Source of the DNA: Callorhinchus milii
Taxonomy: Eukaryota
Direction of reading: 5' to 3'
NCBI RefSeq assembly: GCF_018977255.1
Contig: NW_024704743.1
Span: 58,406,001 to 58,470,000, forward strand
DNA: 64,000 nt
A program made the position numbers and the translations under genes. Each line of letters opens with the position of its first letter. The first letter of the stretch is position 1. The notes under the pieces are model-generated. The model was not told the origin of the DNA, searched no databases, and was given only the letters and a program-made list of their open reading frames with translations. Positions 25,471 to 38,899 of this stretch are shown in pieces.

Positions 25471-25639
25471 CCGAAAAAACAAGTTAGTGTAGTTTCCAAA
25501 CAAGTTTTAAACAAGTTAATGATTATTTTCCTAATTTTCTCTCACTGGGCTATGTCCCTCTGTGTCTGGTCTGGTCTCTGTGAACAGTTCTATGGGCCCT
25601 GTTTGCCCTCCGATAATCCTGCCCAAATGATCTTTTGTC

Positions 25640-25860
25640 ATGTGCGAGCTTTGGTGTTGGCAGGACGCCTGACTGTGGAGGATATCAAACTCAAACTTGA
25701 TCTTTCTTCAAACAAGTGAGTTGCCACACGACCCATAGAGGGTGCTTTAAGGGGATATGAGCAGGAACCCTGGCTTGTTTTCCCCTCCCTAACCATGAGC
25801 CAGGGCCAATTTAGTTCAGTAAACTCAGCAGGGATTGGGAGTTGTACCAACAGGTATTTG
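25640..25860 (-). repeat. old interspersed repeat, second copy at 32745-32900 (+)
   Basis: Shared GGTTA(G/A)GGAGGGGAAAAC..AG..TCCTGCTC..CACCCTCTA..GGGT.GTGTG. Confidence 0.6.
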
Positions 25861-26084
25861 ATATGTAAGATGCAGCTCCATCCATTACAATATCAGAGCT
25901 GCCTCAATAACTCATTGAAAGTTAGAATATTATTCTGTTATGCTTGGGATCGGGTTTTGAATCTTTTGGAGGCAAATGGGATGAGGCTTCTTCTCACCAA
26001 TGTCTTTTTTAATGCTCTTAAATTAAAAAGGTTCAGTAAATCTCAATCCATCTTGGACATCCATGATATCAAAGTGCCAGGATA

Positions 26085-26435
26085 TTTTGTCTCAGTTGGG
26101 AGCACTCTCACCTCTGAGTCAGAAGGTTGTGGCTTGAATCCCCACATCATGACTTTGAACGACTATAGTGGCTGACACTCCAGTGTAGCGTATTCCATTG
26201 TTGGAGTTGCCATCCCATAGTACTATTCAAAAAGAGAAGGGAGTTTTTCCTTGTGTTCCAGCCAACAAGCCTTCAACTAAATTGTCTGTTTGTGAAACAT
26301 TGCTGTGTGCAAATGGACTTTTGTGTTCACCTACAAATGCACAGTCACTACACTGTATCCTGTGATTCATTCGCTTTGAGATATCCTCTTGACTTAAAAA
26401 GCTCTATACCAAATATAAGGATTATTATTGTTATA
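26085..26435 (+). mobile_element. old Deu-domain SINE
   Basis: Head CTCAGTTGGGAGCACTCTCACCTCTGAGTCAGAAGGTTGTGG, Deu core, tail. Confidence 0.8.
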
Positions 26436-26489
26436 ATATAACAATAATATAATAATATAATATAAGAATCATTATTATTATTAAGATCA

Positions 26490-26650
26490 TTCTGCCCATT
26501 CTGGCAGTTTCACTCAGATTTTAGATAGAGTTAAATGGAATTATCATACACACAAATTCACCTTCATCACTTCACACAGCAACATGACTCCAATGTTATC
26601 CTGCAAAGGAATGTCATAACTAACAGGTGCCACATAGGCTTCATGTAACA
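26490..26650 (+). mobile_element. possible Harbinger transposase fragment
   Basis: YHTHKFTFITSH then QHDSNVILQRNV (HDSFILRQS.V). Confidence 0.35.
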
Positions 26651-27744
26651 AAATAGCATTGAATGTTTTTGCTGGAAATGTGCACAAACAGGTGGCAAAT
26701 ATAACAAATTCTGCCAAAATATTCAATTTGGCTTTCAGCTGAAGTAAACTAAATAAAATTATCTCTTTTTAAAAATGTTTGCTGCATATAATATTCGATT
26801 GGCAAGACGGAGATTTTACTGAGCTTCCTGCCAATCAATCAATGTGCCTATTTTTAGTTCTATTGAGTGTTTCTCATCTTTTTTAATGCTGGTGGATTTT
26901 CATTGAGTCCTTGGATAATAATAAATAATAATAATAATCCTTACATTTGATATAGCACCTGATCATGTCATTGAGATGTCTCAAAAAGCTTTATAGAATA
27001 TATTGTAAAGTGAATTGACTGTGCATTTTGTGGGTGAAACATGGCAGCCAATTGCGCATAGCAGTGTCCCACAGACAGTTAGTGCTATAAGTCAGCATTT
27101 ACATCCAATCATTGGTGGAATTTGAGGTAGAATTTAAAGATATCATGGCACTATTTGAAAAGAAAGAAGGTTTTCCTTGTGTCTGTGCAACAATCTGCAA
27201 AACAAAATTAGTCACCTATTTTCTGGGTGTTTGCTGTGTGTAAATTGGATGTCACATTCACCCACAAAATACATACAGTCACACCACCTGTGAAGCTCTT
27301 TGAGATGCCTTGACAATATGATATATCAAATGCAATTTGTCAAATGCAATATATATCAAATAAATCAAATATATAATCTATATCAATGTAATGATTATTA
27401 TTGTACAGTACTGGTTACTGCCAGAAAGTCTTTTCCTGTTTTAAAGTAAGATTGAAGAAAAAAACCATCTTGTGCTAGGTTTATGCTCTATGTAACATAT
27501 AATGTTGGTCCATTGTGATGTGAATGCTTATAGCACAGTCTTATTCTGTTTTTAGAATATATTTCTACAATGTCACTTGTAGGCACTCAACCACTGCAAA
27601 GTGATTACCTTCTCTGGTTCTGTATGGTGTTCACAGAAATGTTCAAGTAAGAGAAAGTTTAGAAAAAGTCTCTTGACACAAACATAACTGCTTCCAAGTG
27701 TAAACATATTTTTAGAAATTTCCCCAAAATAAATACACAATCTA

Positions 27745-27935
27745 ATGAACTGAGTACATCAATTCATTTCCCTCTTTTGAAATGAGCAGCGAGCAGTAAG
27801 ATATTCGTGCATTGAGAAGGGAAATTAAACTGAAGAAGAGAAATGAAATCTGCCGTGGGAACACAATGCTCTCTGGTTAATAGGTTACTGGTGTATATTC
27901 AGAGACCTCGATGTTCATCAGAAGGATGGTAGGAA
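27745..27935 (+). mobile_element. possible Harbinger transposase fragment
   Basis: TEYINSFP; EQRAVRYSCI (ERA.GFA.I); MFIRR. Confidence 0.4.
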
Positions 27936-28789
27936 CATAGGCATAGAAAGTACAGGCCCACAAACCCCCAACGCTGTCCATCTGATCACATTTCTCTTGG
28001 AGCTTGGATGCTTGCTGACAAACACAGTGGGGTGAGACGAGCAATGTGTGATGTGTTAATTAACATTTGCATTGACAAAAAAAAGGTAAGACTTAACTCA
28101 TTGACTGTCCCCGAGTGCACTGGAGGTCGGTATTGTTAAGTCGATATCAACTAACTGCCAGCCTAACGTCACAATTCAAGAACTAGAATCCATTGTCTGC
28201 TTTCAGACACAACCATTTTGAAGCATTTTGGGGGCTTTGCCTTAAGTACACACAGGGACTAGTCAATATATTAGTTGTCCAAATGTTTTTTAAAAAATCC
28301 TACACCATCTATGTCTTATGCCCTTTGATTGATTTATTTGCCAAATGGCTATCTAATTGACTCTTACTTTTCTAAAACTATCTTACTCCATCACTTTCCT
28401 GCATATTCTAATGGAAATATGTACCATTTTCTGTAATAAAAGCCATTATTACATATGGGTGAAAAATTATAATAATTATAATACATCAAATTATAATAAT
28501 TATTATATTTGTATTTGTATTACATACAAATTATAATAATTTTTCATTAGATGCTTTAGATATGGTGTCTTACCATGTTGAAACTTCTATCAATGCTTCA
28601 CAGAACTTTCCAGTGACTATCTGTAGGGATACACAGCAGGCAATTGCAGTAATATACCGCAAACAGCCAGGAGTTAATTTAGTTAATTTAGCTGTGGGAT
28701 TAACGGCCAATACACCAGGAGAAACTCTCTTCTCTTTTCAAACAGTGGCATGGAGTTTTTGATGTCCACCTGTAAAGACAGACAGCCAC

Positions 28790-28945
28790 CTGTACTGTCC
28801 CATTCTCTGCTTGTCCTTATAATCTGCTCCCTTCCAACATCCCCCAGTTCGGACGAATGGTCATCAACCTGAAACATTAACTCAATTTCCTCTCTCCATA
28901 GATGCTGCCTGACATGTTGCATGTACCCAGTAACTTCTGTTTTTA
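28790..28945 (+). mobile_element. Penelope-like terminal remnant beside an antisense Deu-SINE (28580-28790)
   Basis: GGTCATCAACCTGAAACATTAACTC..CTCTCTCCATAGATGCTGCCTGAC resembles the shark Penelope-type repeat end as I recall it. Confidence 0.5.
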
Positions 28946-29385
28946 ATATTGGTTAATTATTAATTGGTCACTTGTTTTCCACAGTAGTGATAATTATTGT
29001 TACCTCCTTCAAGGCCCATCTAAAGACCTTCCTCTTTGATGGTACCCTCCCTGTCCTCCACCACTTCTGACCCCAATTCCCAGCTCAGGTACCAAATCCC
29101 TGGTTGTCCAGCACCCTGGAATATTTTTCTGAATTGAAGGGGCTATACAAGTGTAATTTGTTGTTGTTGTTGTCTTGTTGTTATTACAAAAGATAAGATT
29201 GGAGCAGTCCTTCATACCTCTGAGCTGAAGATTGTCTACAGATACACAATCCCTACACTTGAAAATGAGCTCCTATAAAGCACTTTGAAATATTCTGAAT
29301 AATAAAGCACTATATCAAATGCAAGGATTGCTATTATTATATTAATGTTTATACAATTTTGTAATAGCTTAATCTAAAACTATGT

Positions 29386-29693
29386 GGAGTCCTGTAGCTC
29401 AGTGGTTAGAGCACTCACTTTGCAAGCGAGAGACCTGGGTTCAATTCCTGGCAGGCCGAAACCTTGGGCAAGTTTCCTGACTCCACGCGCCTGATACTAA
29501 TCCCTAAAAAAAACAATAATAAATTGGTCATTTTAATCCATGACTGTTTGTGGGACACTGCTGTGCGCAATTGGCTGCCACGTTTCACCCACAAATATAC
29601 AATCAATTCACTTTACAGTATATTTTGTGAAGTGCTTTGAGACGTCTAGAAGACGTGAAAAGCGCTAATCAAATGCAAGGATTATTATTATTA
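29386..29693 (+). mobile_element. tRNA-Ala SINE, short form
   Basis: Complete head, body and (ATT)n tail. Confidence 0.93.
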
Positions 29694-29741
29694 TCTTTTC
29701 ACATTCACCTATAAATACACATTCCCTATGCTTTAAAACAT

Positions 29742-31232
29742 CAACGACAACAAATTACTACAACAACAATAACAAAATTACATTGAAAGCATCTTTCATG
29801 ACAGGAGGACGTCCCAAAGCGCTGGACAGTCAGTGTTTTGGACTTGAGCTGGGGGTCAGGATTGGGGAGGGTGGAGGCCAGTGGGGGAGGGAGGGTGATC
29901 GAAGGCACTCTCGAAGAAGAGGGTCTTGAGATGAGTCTTGAAGGAGGGAAGGGAGGGGGCGAGGCAGAGGGACTCCGGGATGGAGTTCCAGAGCATGGGG
30001 CTAGAGTGGAAGAAGACCCGCCTGCCAATGATGGGGTGGGTAAGGCAGGGGACGTGAAGCAGGCCGCAGCACGCTGAGCGGAGGGAGCGGGTAGGATTGT
30101 AGAGGGTTAGGAGGTTGCAGAGGTAGGAGGAAGAAAGGCCATGGAGGTTTGAAGATGAGGACCAGTATCTTGCACCCTCTGGGAGATGGGGAGCCAGTGG
30201 AGGCAGGCGAGGATGGGGGTGAGAGGGTCACAGAGCTTGTGTATATGAGGGTTTCGGCGGCCTGCGATGTGAGATAGTGGCGGAGCTGGGCGATGTTGCA
30301 GAGACGGGGGAAGGCAGAGCGGGTCATGGCACGGATGTGGGGTTAAAAGGATAGTTGAGGGTCAAACAAAATGCCAAGGTTTTGGACCGGCTTAGTAAGG
30401 TGGAGGGTACATCTATGGATGGTGAAGCCTGAGGTGTGGAGGCGCTGTCGGGAGCTAATCAGGAGAGTCTTGGTCTTGTTGACATTCAACTGAAGAAAGT
30501 TAGCTCTCATCCAAGACATGATGTCTGACATTCTGTCAGGACAGCAGTGGTCCTGGAGTCAAGGGTGGAGGCAGAGAGGTAGAGTTGGGTGTCATCTAAT
30601 ACATGTGGAAGTTGACCCCATGTCTACATATGATGTCACCAAGAGGGAGCACATAAATATTGAAGACAAGGGGACCAAGGACAGAGCCCTGAGGAACGCC
30701 GTACGAGACGGTGCGGGGCTAGAGGAGAAACCGTTTGTGGAGATGAAGTGGAGGCGGTGTGAGATGTACGATCTGATCCAATCAAGGACAGGGAGGTGAG
30801 AGGAGAGGCGGTGGATGAGGATAGAGTGGTCAATGGTGACGAAGGCAGCAGAGAGGTCAAGGAGGACGAGGAGGCAGAAGGAGCCCTTGATGCGATACAA
30901 ATAACATTTGTATAGCGTCTTTCATTTTAGGAGGACACCCCAAGGTGCTGGATAGTCAGGGCTTTGGACCCGAGCTAGGGGTTGGGCTCAGGAGAGGTGG
31001 TAGGCAGAGAGGGTGGTGGTAGAGTGGTAACTTGAAGGAGGCAAGGGAACCAACGATGCAAATGGACTGTGGGATGGAGTTCCAAAAGATAGGGTCAGAG
31101 AGACTGAAGACCCAATCGTCAATAGTGGGGCAGCTCAGGCTGGAGATGTTGAGCAGGCCAGAATCCACTGAGTGGAGGGAGAGGACAGGTTGATATGGAG
31201 TTAGCAGGTCACAGACTTAGGGAGGAGCAAAG
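29742..31232 (-). mobile_element. two L2 fragments (RT part 29742-30895; 3' end 30900-31232)
   Basis: LLVLLDLSAAFVTIDHSIL, WMRANFLQLNVNKT, NLGILFD. Confidence 0.92.
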
Positions 31233-31699
31233 CTAAATAAATCCTGTGGTGTTTTAAGTTATTTGAACATCATAAGATGCTTATATTAACGCAAGTATTA
31301 TTGTGATTCCAAAAGTAAATTTACTAAGCACTATTTGCTGAATGGAATCTCCAACATCCACTGCCTATCCTCAGCACCATTCTTGCTATCAGATAGGCTT
31401 CTATTACAAATGCTCAATGTAATCATTGAGTTTGAATTGAATTGTATTAATCCTTTGTACAGTTTGTGAATTTGTCTTGCATAATTTCTGATAGGTTGAT
31501 GTATGAATTTCAGCAGCCGATTTAATTTTTTTTTTAAACTTTCAAGTTCAAGTTCTTCATCTGTCCATTGGGCCCATAAGATTTTTAGTATTATCAGGCA
31601 ACTGGTTCAAACTGCCAGCTCTTTGATAACATTAAAGAACTGACTGGCATTTAGCGACACACATGTGCTTAATTGCATATCTACAGAACTCTCCTCAGC

Positions 31700-31900
31700 C
31701 CCCAGCGAGAGTGAATTTGGAGTAGGGAGTATAAATCCTGGTTTCCACTGCAAATCGCTTGGAGCAGTGATGAATCGCTCCAGCAGTGTAAATGAGGCTT
31801 GCATCAGCTCTTCAATTCATATTGCACAACTGCTGTAGGCCAAGCACATACATCTAAACTTCTCTATGATGAAGAACCCTTAGCTCTGAGGGGAGAACAC
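31700..31900 (-). mobile_element. possible Harbinger transposase C-terminal fragment
   Basis: AKGS; IEELMQ..LERFITAPSDLQWKP (IEQ..LD.SGG.LQYSP); weak. Confidence 0.3.
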
Positions 31901-32164
31901 ATTCCAGAGTTCTCATCAAGAACATTTTCAATTGCTGTTTCAAGAGAGTTTTAGTTAAATCCTACATTTATAACAAAAAAATCAGAAAATACCAAAATTA
32001 TATTGTATTTTAAAGGCCTATACATTGATTATGTTTCACAAAACCCCAAATAGTTTTGCATGCAATAATTTCTGAGGAATGTGGTAACTGAGATCCTTGT
32101 GGTCATGGGTGTGTTTGTGTTCAAAATGAAAAAACACAATTGACCCCATTCTTTGTGCTTTCAG

Positions 32165-32500
32165 ATTAAAAGAGGATTGGTATTAGAAGACAATAACCAG
32201 ATAAGTGTTCAAGCCCAAAGAACAATTTAGCATTTTCTCAGAGAATGTTTTTGCATATGATTTAGCGGCTTTAATTCGGGATTGATTATTGTAATCATTC
32301 ATGCTTCATTTTTGCTTCTTCTTCAATCGGTCAATCAAAAAATAAGTCTCTATCTGTAGGTAAAGGACACCCCATGGTCTCGATACGATGATTTTGATCA
32401 GGCAATCTCAGCCCTCGAAGATGTGCATTCACAATTAGCTTCCCACTCAATATAACTGGTTATCTTTGTAGCCAACTTGATTACTGAGAACCAGCCTTAA
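32165..32500 (+). mobile_element. decayed Harbinger transposase fragment
   Basis: One frame CNHSCFIFASSSI..LSVGKGHPM (SCHDAFILRQS..LLGDKGYPL); upstream EDNNQISVQA. Confidence 0.45.
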
Positions 32501-33784
32501 ATACAAAGTAGCTTTTGTTTCCGGCAGTTCACAAAGTCTTCAAACAAATGCAAGTGGTAGGCTTTTCTCATCGATTGGGGTCTAATACATTGTCATTTCT
32601 ATCAGAGATTCATCATGAAATAATCTGAATGGGAAATTCTTCAGGTAATCAGGTAAACACACCCATGGTTTCTTTAATTAACAAATCTCTATAGAAATCA
32701 CCAAATATTAGACCCAATTTTCCACTCCCGTACAGTCTTATAGTTTTAGGTGGGTTAAGGAGGGGAAAACCAGTCCGGTTTCCCACTCCTGCTCCTACTA
32801 CTACACCCTCTACTGGGTAGTGTGCATGTGTGGTAGCTAGTTGAGGATAGGTGAGGTTCAGTTTGTGACAGTTGAGTCTAGAGACCTGGAGGGCAACTAG
32901 TGCCCATGGAACCTCACCCCACTTCACCCACAAAATATACAGTCAATTCATTTTACAGTATATTCTGTGAAGAACTTTGAGAGGTCTCAATGACATGATA
33001 AGGCGCTATATCAAATGCAAGGAACATTATTATTACCCTGGCATGAGGAGGTTGGTGATCAGGGGCAGAGGCATATGCCTTGTGCGGAGAAAATTAGAAA
33101 AGATAATTGGACACACTAACGTTTTTAAATTAACTCGTGGACACCTCAACAGGATCACACATGTTGAAAGCAGGAAAACTAAACCAGCCTCTGGGAATGC
33201 AAGCATATCCTGTTCAGTAGTTATCAATATTTTCCCCACTTAAGGTCAGTGAACTGTTTACAATTGCAGTTTTTGCTTTGCGGTAAAATGGCAATTGAGA
33301 GAAAAAAAGTTTAACCTAAATCACGAAGAAAAAAAAGACAGAAATTCTTTGGTAATGTTCATTTTTCTGTATTAATTATTAATTCTGTTGCTGTTTGAAC
33401 TATCAATTCACACTCCATTTCAGAGTCAGTCATACAGAGAAAGAGACCTTGTGCACATAGATCCTGATAAATGCATAACCAGTTTGCCAAGAAGCAGAAG
33501 CTTCAATCAGGAGTTTTATAGACCTGCAAATAAAAAAGTGCCCAATTTATAGCACATGCAACTCAACCCATTGAATAACTCATGCGTGCAACAGAATCTA
33601 AATTGAAACATTTTATTTTACAAAATATAATCTTTAGTAAAAAACGGTTACTATGGCAAGGATGTGCTGAACTGATGGTATCCAATGTGCTGACCAATGA
33701 AAATATGAATGCTTAGGGAACATTTTATGTTTAGAATACCATTACACTTTCCACTCCTACATTTGGATGAGAAACTATGTATAA

Positions 33785-34310
33785 CAGATTACAAAGATTT
33801 ACAAAGAGTACACAGCATAGTAACAGGTCACTCGGCCCAACCAGTCTGTGCCGGTATTTATGCACAGGAGTCTCCACCCATTCCTTTCTCTCTCCAATAC
33901 CCTTCAGCGAGTTCCACAATCTCTTTTAGATCCCTTAGTTGCTATCTTATATTCATGTCCCTGGTTACAGACACCCCAACCAGTGGAAACAACCTATTTA
34001 TGTTAACCTTATTGAACGTATTTAAGTTTCAACACTTCCATTAAGTCCCCCTTGAAACATCTTTTCCCTTGCGAAAAAGGCCTAACCCATCTAGTCTATC
34101 CTGATAGCAGTAACCTGTCAGTCCAAGTAAACCAACACTGTACTCTTTTTATTGCTACTAAATCTTTCTTACAGTGTGGAGACCGGGATTGGACACAATA
34201 CTCCAAATGTCGTCCCACCAAGGTTCTGTACAAATTCAACATCTCCTCCTCACTTCTATCCCTCTGGGTAAAGAGCCCCAAACTCCATTGTCCTTTTTTA
34301 TAGTAGATAT
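33785..34310 (-). mobile_element. CR1 3' fragment
   Basis: LYRTLVGRHLEYCVQSRSP. Confidence 0.88.
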
Positions 34311-34409
34311 GTGCAGCTACGTTTAGAGTTTTTTGAATCTCAGAGAAGAATTTCTTTTACAATTTATAGAAAGACTAGTCTTGTTGCATTCAATCAGACT
34401 TTAGTTGAC

Positions 34410-34875
34410 AGTCTAAATTGATTCTCCAGTGCAGTCCATTGGGAGAATAAACCAGAGTGTCATTGTCAAAGGTGCCGTTCTTTAGATGAGCCGTTAAACT
34501 GAGGTTCTATCGGCCAAAGGTCCCATGACACTATTCCAAAGGGAGTTTCTCAAGGTTACAGTAAACCAAGAAGACATAAGTTTAGAGTTTCAGAACAGAT
34601 CAAACTCAATTTCAGGACAGATACCAGGAAGGTTTTCTTTATGCAGAGGGTAATCAATGACTGGACTGGACACTAGGCTCAATTAAAAAGCAGTCATGGG
34701 AAAACGGTAGGGTGGGTGTTCTGGAGGATAGAGGTTAGATGGCCTGAAGAGCCTTCTTCATTCAGATCAATCTTATGATCTTGCGATCATCCACTTCATG
34801 GCTCTTTGCGCGATATTGGGATGCCTCAAAGACTGGATAAGGTCCTATATCAAATATACAGATTAATATAATTAT
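34410..34875 (+). mobile_element. Deu-SINE split by a CR1 3' fragment (~34560-34785)
   Basis: GGTGCCGTTCTTTAGATGAGCCGTTAAACTGAGG Deu core; CR1 TTCTTTATGCAGAGGGTAATCAATG. Confidence 0.7.
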
Positions 34876-35149
34876 TAATTATCCAGGAAGCTCTTTTAAA
34901 TAATTTCTTGGTACAAGCATTCTATCAAATTAAATGATTATTATTGTATTACTATTATAATGCATTGTTTAGAAAGCAGACATGGTGAGGTTCTATGAAA
35001 ATAGTGAGAAGCGAGCGGAACATTTAAGGATAATAACAGCCTTATATTGGAACAGTACATTGAAACTATACTATTAAGAGCTCCTGATTTTAAACCTAGA
35101 TTTAAACATGCCGTTCAAGAATACTTTCTGGAGTAAGATTTTGAGGAAC

Positions 35150-35955
35150 CACAGAACAATAGATATTTACAGCACAGAAGGAAAATCAGTCCATTGTGTC
35201 TGTTTGGGACTTTGAAAGAGCAATCATTTCAATCCCATTATATCTATCTTTCCTCCATGTCCCTGAAATGATTCCTCTTTAGATATTAATCAAGTTACCT
35301 CTTGAATGTTAATATGGATTCTGCCTCAACTATCACACCCGAACAAGTGAGCATTCCACATCCTGACCACTCTCTGTAAAAATATTCCTCCAAAACTTCC
35401 CCTTTGCTCCCTTGCTAATTATCTTACATCATAGTCTAGTTACTGACTCACCAACCATGTCTGATGAACTTTTTCTTGAAGTGCAGGTTTTAAAGCTTGA
35501 CCTAAAGACAGATTGTGAGTGGGTGAAACAGGGAGGTAGAAGAAGACTGGAGGAACCGAGACTTTTTCTGTTGGAACATCAAAGTTGAGATGTGACCTGA
35601 TAGAGGTCTTTAAAATTATCAGGAGTTTTGATATAATCATAGGGAGAAATTATTTCCACTGGTCACTGAACAAGAGAGCATCAATTTAAGATAGTTAGTA
35701 AATGAGCTAAGGAGCAGTTAGGATAAATTTGTTCACATGCAGAGTAGTTAGGATATGGAATACCCTGCCAGGAGTGGTGGTTGAGGCAGAATCCATATTG
35801 GCTTTCAAGAGGGAACTAGACAAATACCTTAAGAAGAGTCAACTCTGGGATATGGATAAAGGGCAGATAAATGAGACTGAAAGGATTTGCTTTTAAAGGA
35901 GCTAGGACAGACACGATGGGCCGAATGACCTTCTTCTGTGCTGTAAATTTCTAAA
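35150..35955. mobile_element. two CR1 3' fragments in opposite orientation (35150-35460 minus; 35540-35955 plus)
   Basis: GACCTGATAGAGGTCTTTAAAATT (DLIEVFKI); ends ATGGGCCGAATGACCTTCTTCTGTGCTGTAAA. Confidence 0.85.
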
Positions 35956-35959
35956 GGGG

Positions 35960-36462
35960 TATTTACAGAGGTTAGGAGTGTAGATGGTGGAACAAAGAGG
36001 CCAGGGGACGTGTAGCATGCCCAAGTTTGCCAAGTGGAGGGGGCTAGCAGTGGAGTAGGGTAGGAGAAGATCAGAAAAATAGAGAGGTGCTAGGGATTGA
36101 AGGAATTTAAGATGCTGATGAGGACCTTGAAATTGATCAGCTGGGAGATAGGGAGGCAGTGGAGCCTGGCGAGGACTGGGGTAATAGAAGTTTTGTACGT
36201 GTGAGACATGGCCTGTGGAGTTTTGGATGAGTTGAAGTTTATGGAATGTGGAGCCGGGGAGACCAGCGAGAAGTGCAATTGAAAAGTGAAAATGGGAGAT
36301 AACGAAGCTGTGGATAAGGGTTTCAGCAACAGAGGTGGGTGATGTGGTGGAGGTGAAGCAAAGCAGAGCTGAGGATCAAACCAGACACAAGATTGTGATT
36401 GTTTAGTAAGTTTGGTGGAGAGGCCAGGAAGGTTGAGGTGGTCAGAGTCGGAAGTGAGGGAC
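35960..36462 (-). mobile_element. L2 fragment
   Basis: ITPVLARLHCLP..NFKVL, VWFDPQL. Confidence 0.8.
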
Positions 36463-37129
36463 ATTCTGGTAGTTCAGTTTGTAGGAAAGTCTGGATTTTT
36501 TCAGACAGATTTTACTTCCAATCACACTTTGCTTTCCATTTGAGATGCAAAATGTTTACATCTTTGTATGTTGCAGATACAGCAACAAATCTGTAAATAT
36601 AAATATAAATCTCAGTAAAGCTGCATTGAAAAATAAATACCTGGAAGCGAAATTGGAAGTAATCCAATCAAAGATCGAGACCACATCATAAACTTCAAAA
36701 ATAGGTTGGAATTACTGTTTTTAATTTCCAGCTAAATATTTACTGTTATTAGTATTGCAGATATTTGCAAGTTTTGGATTATGTATAAGTATTTTGCCAT
36801 TCTGCCCCTACTCTCTGGAACTACAAACTAGAGTACCTTTAATTTGCTCCCTCCCTCACTTTGATCAAGGCCTGTTTCAAAACCTAACTCTTTGATCCCG
36901 TTTTTCTCTTCCCACTTCCCTTGGCTCCAACCTGCAGCTCAGGTGCCCAGTCAGCAGTGTCAAGCACTTTGAGGTATCCTCCCATCATGAAAGACGTTAT
37001 ATAAATGTAAATTGTATTGTATAGTGCAACTAAAAATCCCGGACTTGCTCATTCAGATTGTTTTCAGTGTCTGTCTTCACAAGCCTTTGTATCAGTGCGT
37101 AACAGTTGAGGTAGGGAAAGAGTTGAAAG

Positions 37130-37355
37130 AGAAAAATACTAGTTATTTAATGTTGCATTATCATCGGTTGACAGTTCTCCATTGTTAATGACAATGGAAG
37201 GCTTCCTGTGGTACCTTTGAAGTACTGCATAGTATTTGGCATTGTGTTCTTCTGATGTGGGTTGGGTTCAAGTTGTCAAATTAAAAGTGGTGTTATTTGA
37301 TGTGAAGTTTAAGCCATTACTGTAGACAATGTCATAGAACATCCAATACTTCTGG
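37130..37355 (-). mobile_element. possible Harbinger transposase fragment
   Basis: YWMFYDIVY then LQ*WL..NPTH (GWLLGD.GY, L.PWL, N..H). Confidence 0.35.
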
Positions 37356-37592
37356 TAGTGACAAAGATTCTGTAGTATTACAAGTTTTGTTCTGCAGTAG
37401 ATTACAAGTCTGTAAAATTATGTAATATATTGTGTCTAATATACTGTATGTTGTACTTTAGACTTGCTATTCTTTATAAGAATTGTACTGTTCTTTTTTA
37501 AAAAATGTGTTCTTGACCCCATTATAACCCTACTCTACTGCCATTACATTGTAAAATAACCCAATAAAATAATCCTAGAATTTGATTTCACA

Positions 37593-37931
37593 CCACTAAC
37601 TTTGAAACATCTATTAGCACTCGACAGATAATTGCTATGAAGAATAGTGACTTAGAGACAAATGTTGTTTCTTCCTGTCATGACACAGGGAAAATTCAGC
37701 AAAGGCATCAAGATTAGTTAGCCGCAAACAGAACTAAAAGAGAGTTTTGTTACACAGAAGGGGCTGAAAATATGGACTTTACAATAAATTGCGGCTAACT
37801 AATCTTGATGCCTTTGCTGAATTTTCCCTGTGTCATGACAGGAAGAAACAATATTTGTCTCTAAATACACAGTCACTATTCTTCATAGCAATTATCTGTG
37901 GAGTGCTAATAGATGTTTCAAAGTTACGTGG
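37593..37931. repeat. long near-perfect inverted repeat, arms 37593-37727 / 37789-37931
   Basis: Arms are reverse complements apart from two substitutions and two small indels; 61-bp spacer. Confidence 0.97.
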
Positions 37932-38264
37932 GGTAGCATCTCAGAGCACTTAACAACCAAAGGTTGGGAATCATGGGCATCTTGGCAGAGTTAGTTTTTC
38001 CCAGATAACTTCTACATGTTCTGACCTGATAAATGCACTATATCATATTCAACTATTATTATGACGAATGGCATTGCATCATGTATTTGCAAATAAATAA
38101 ATCATTTCTCCACTCATTTCCCTAACAGATGCTCATTGCCGAAACCATGAAAGTGTAGGATTGTGATTGAAAACAAAAGGAGCTTATGTTTACTCCTTTT
38201 TTTGAAACTGCAGCTCATAGTTTCGAACAGTTAGCAGATCCAAACTACCTTGGTCTCTGTAACC

Positions 38265-38670
38265 AGGGCTTTGCAATTCTGGTATTCCCGTATATATGTT
38301 GAAGTGACTCCCACCTCTGGATCATACACAGCTTGCTTTCTGTACCTAATGAACAGGATGGAGCATGGCCTCAGCTCTCTGGCAGCTTTCAGATACTTCA
38401 TTGCTCTCTGCAGCATCATTAACTAGAACTAGGAGTGCTGCTATACCGTGTATTACACAAAGAAATGGGAGTCATTTTGCAGGCAACGGGGTGAGCAGTA
38501 CTGTTGACACCAAGGCAGCATGTAGCACGCAGTAACTGCAGTTTCAAGGCTGCCTACCCTCCACATATCCACTGCACAAAGATATGTACCTTGCTGCTTG
38601 ATCTTACCCTGCAGCAGTTCAACTGGAACTGCACAGTTCACATTAATTGCAATGTGGAATAGTCCCTTAC
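38265..38670 (+). mobile_element. possible Harbinger transposase fossil
   Basis: QGFAILVFP..DSHL; NRMEHGL; VLLTP; across frameshifts. Confidence 0.35.
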
Positions 38671-38899
38671 AAATATAAACCATCATAATATTTCAAGTCA
38701 AAATGTAATAGGAAACAAACATCACAGTAATGTGTTACCTTCTAGTCAGGTCAGTGGATTATGTAAACAAATCCAGGAAGGAATAGGATCTTTTGGAAGT
38801 ATATTATTGCTCGCTAGTTGTCCTGTTCTCATGAGAATAACTGTTCTGAATTAATAAATTTGATGGTGAATAAATATTATTTTCACATTTTTGGTATTT

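Noticed and set aside
28460..28545. AT-rich iterated AATTATAAT tract; any CRISPR-like array
   Set aside because: Low-complexity slippage only; no repeat-spacer array anywhere in the window.
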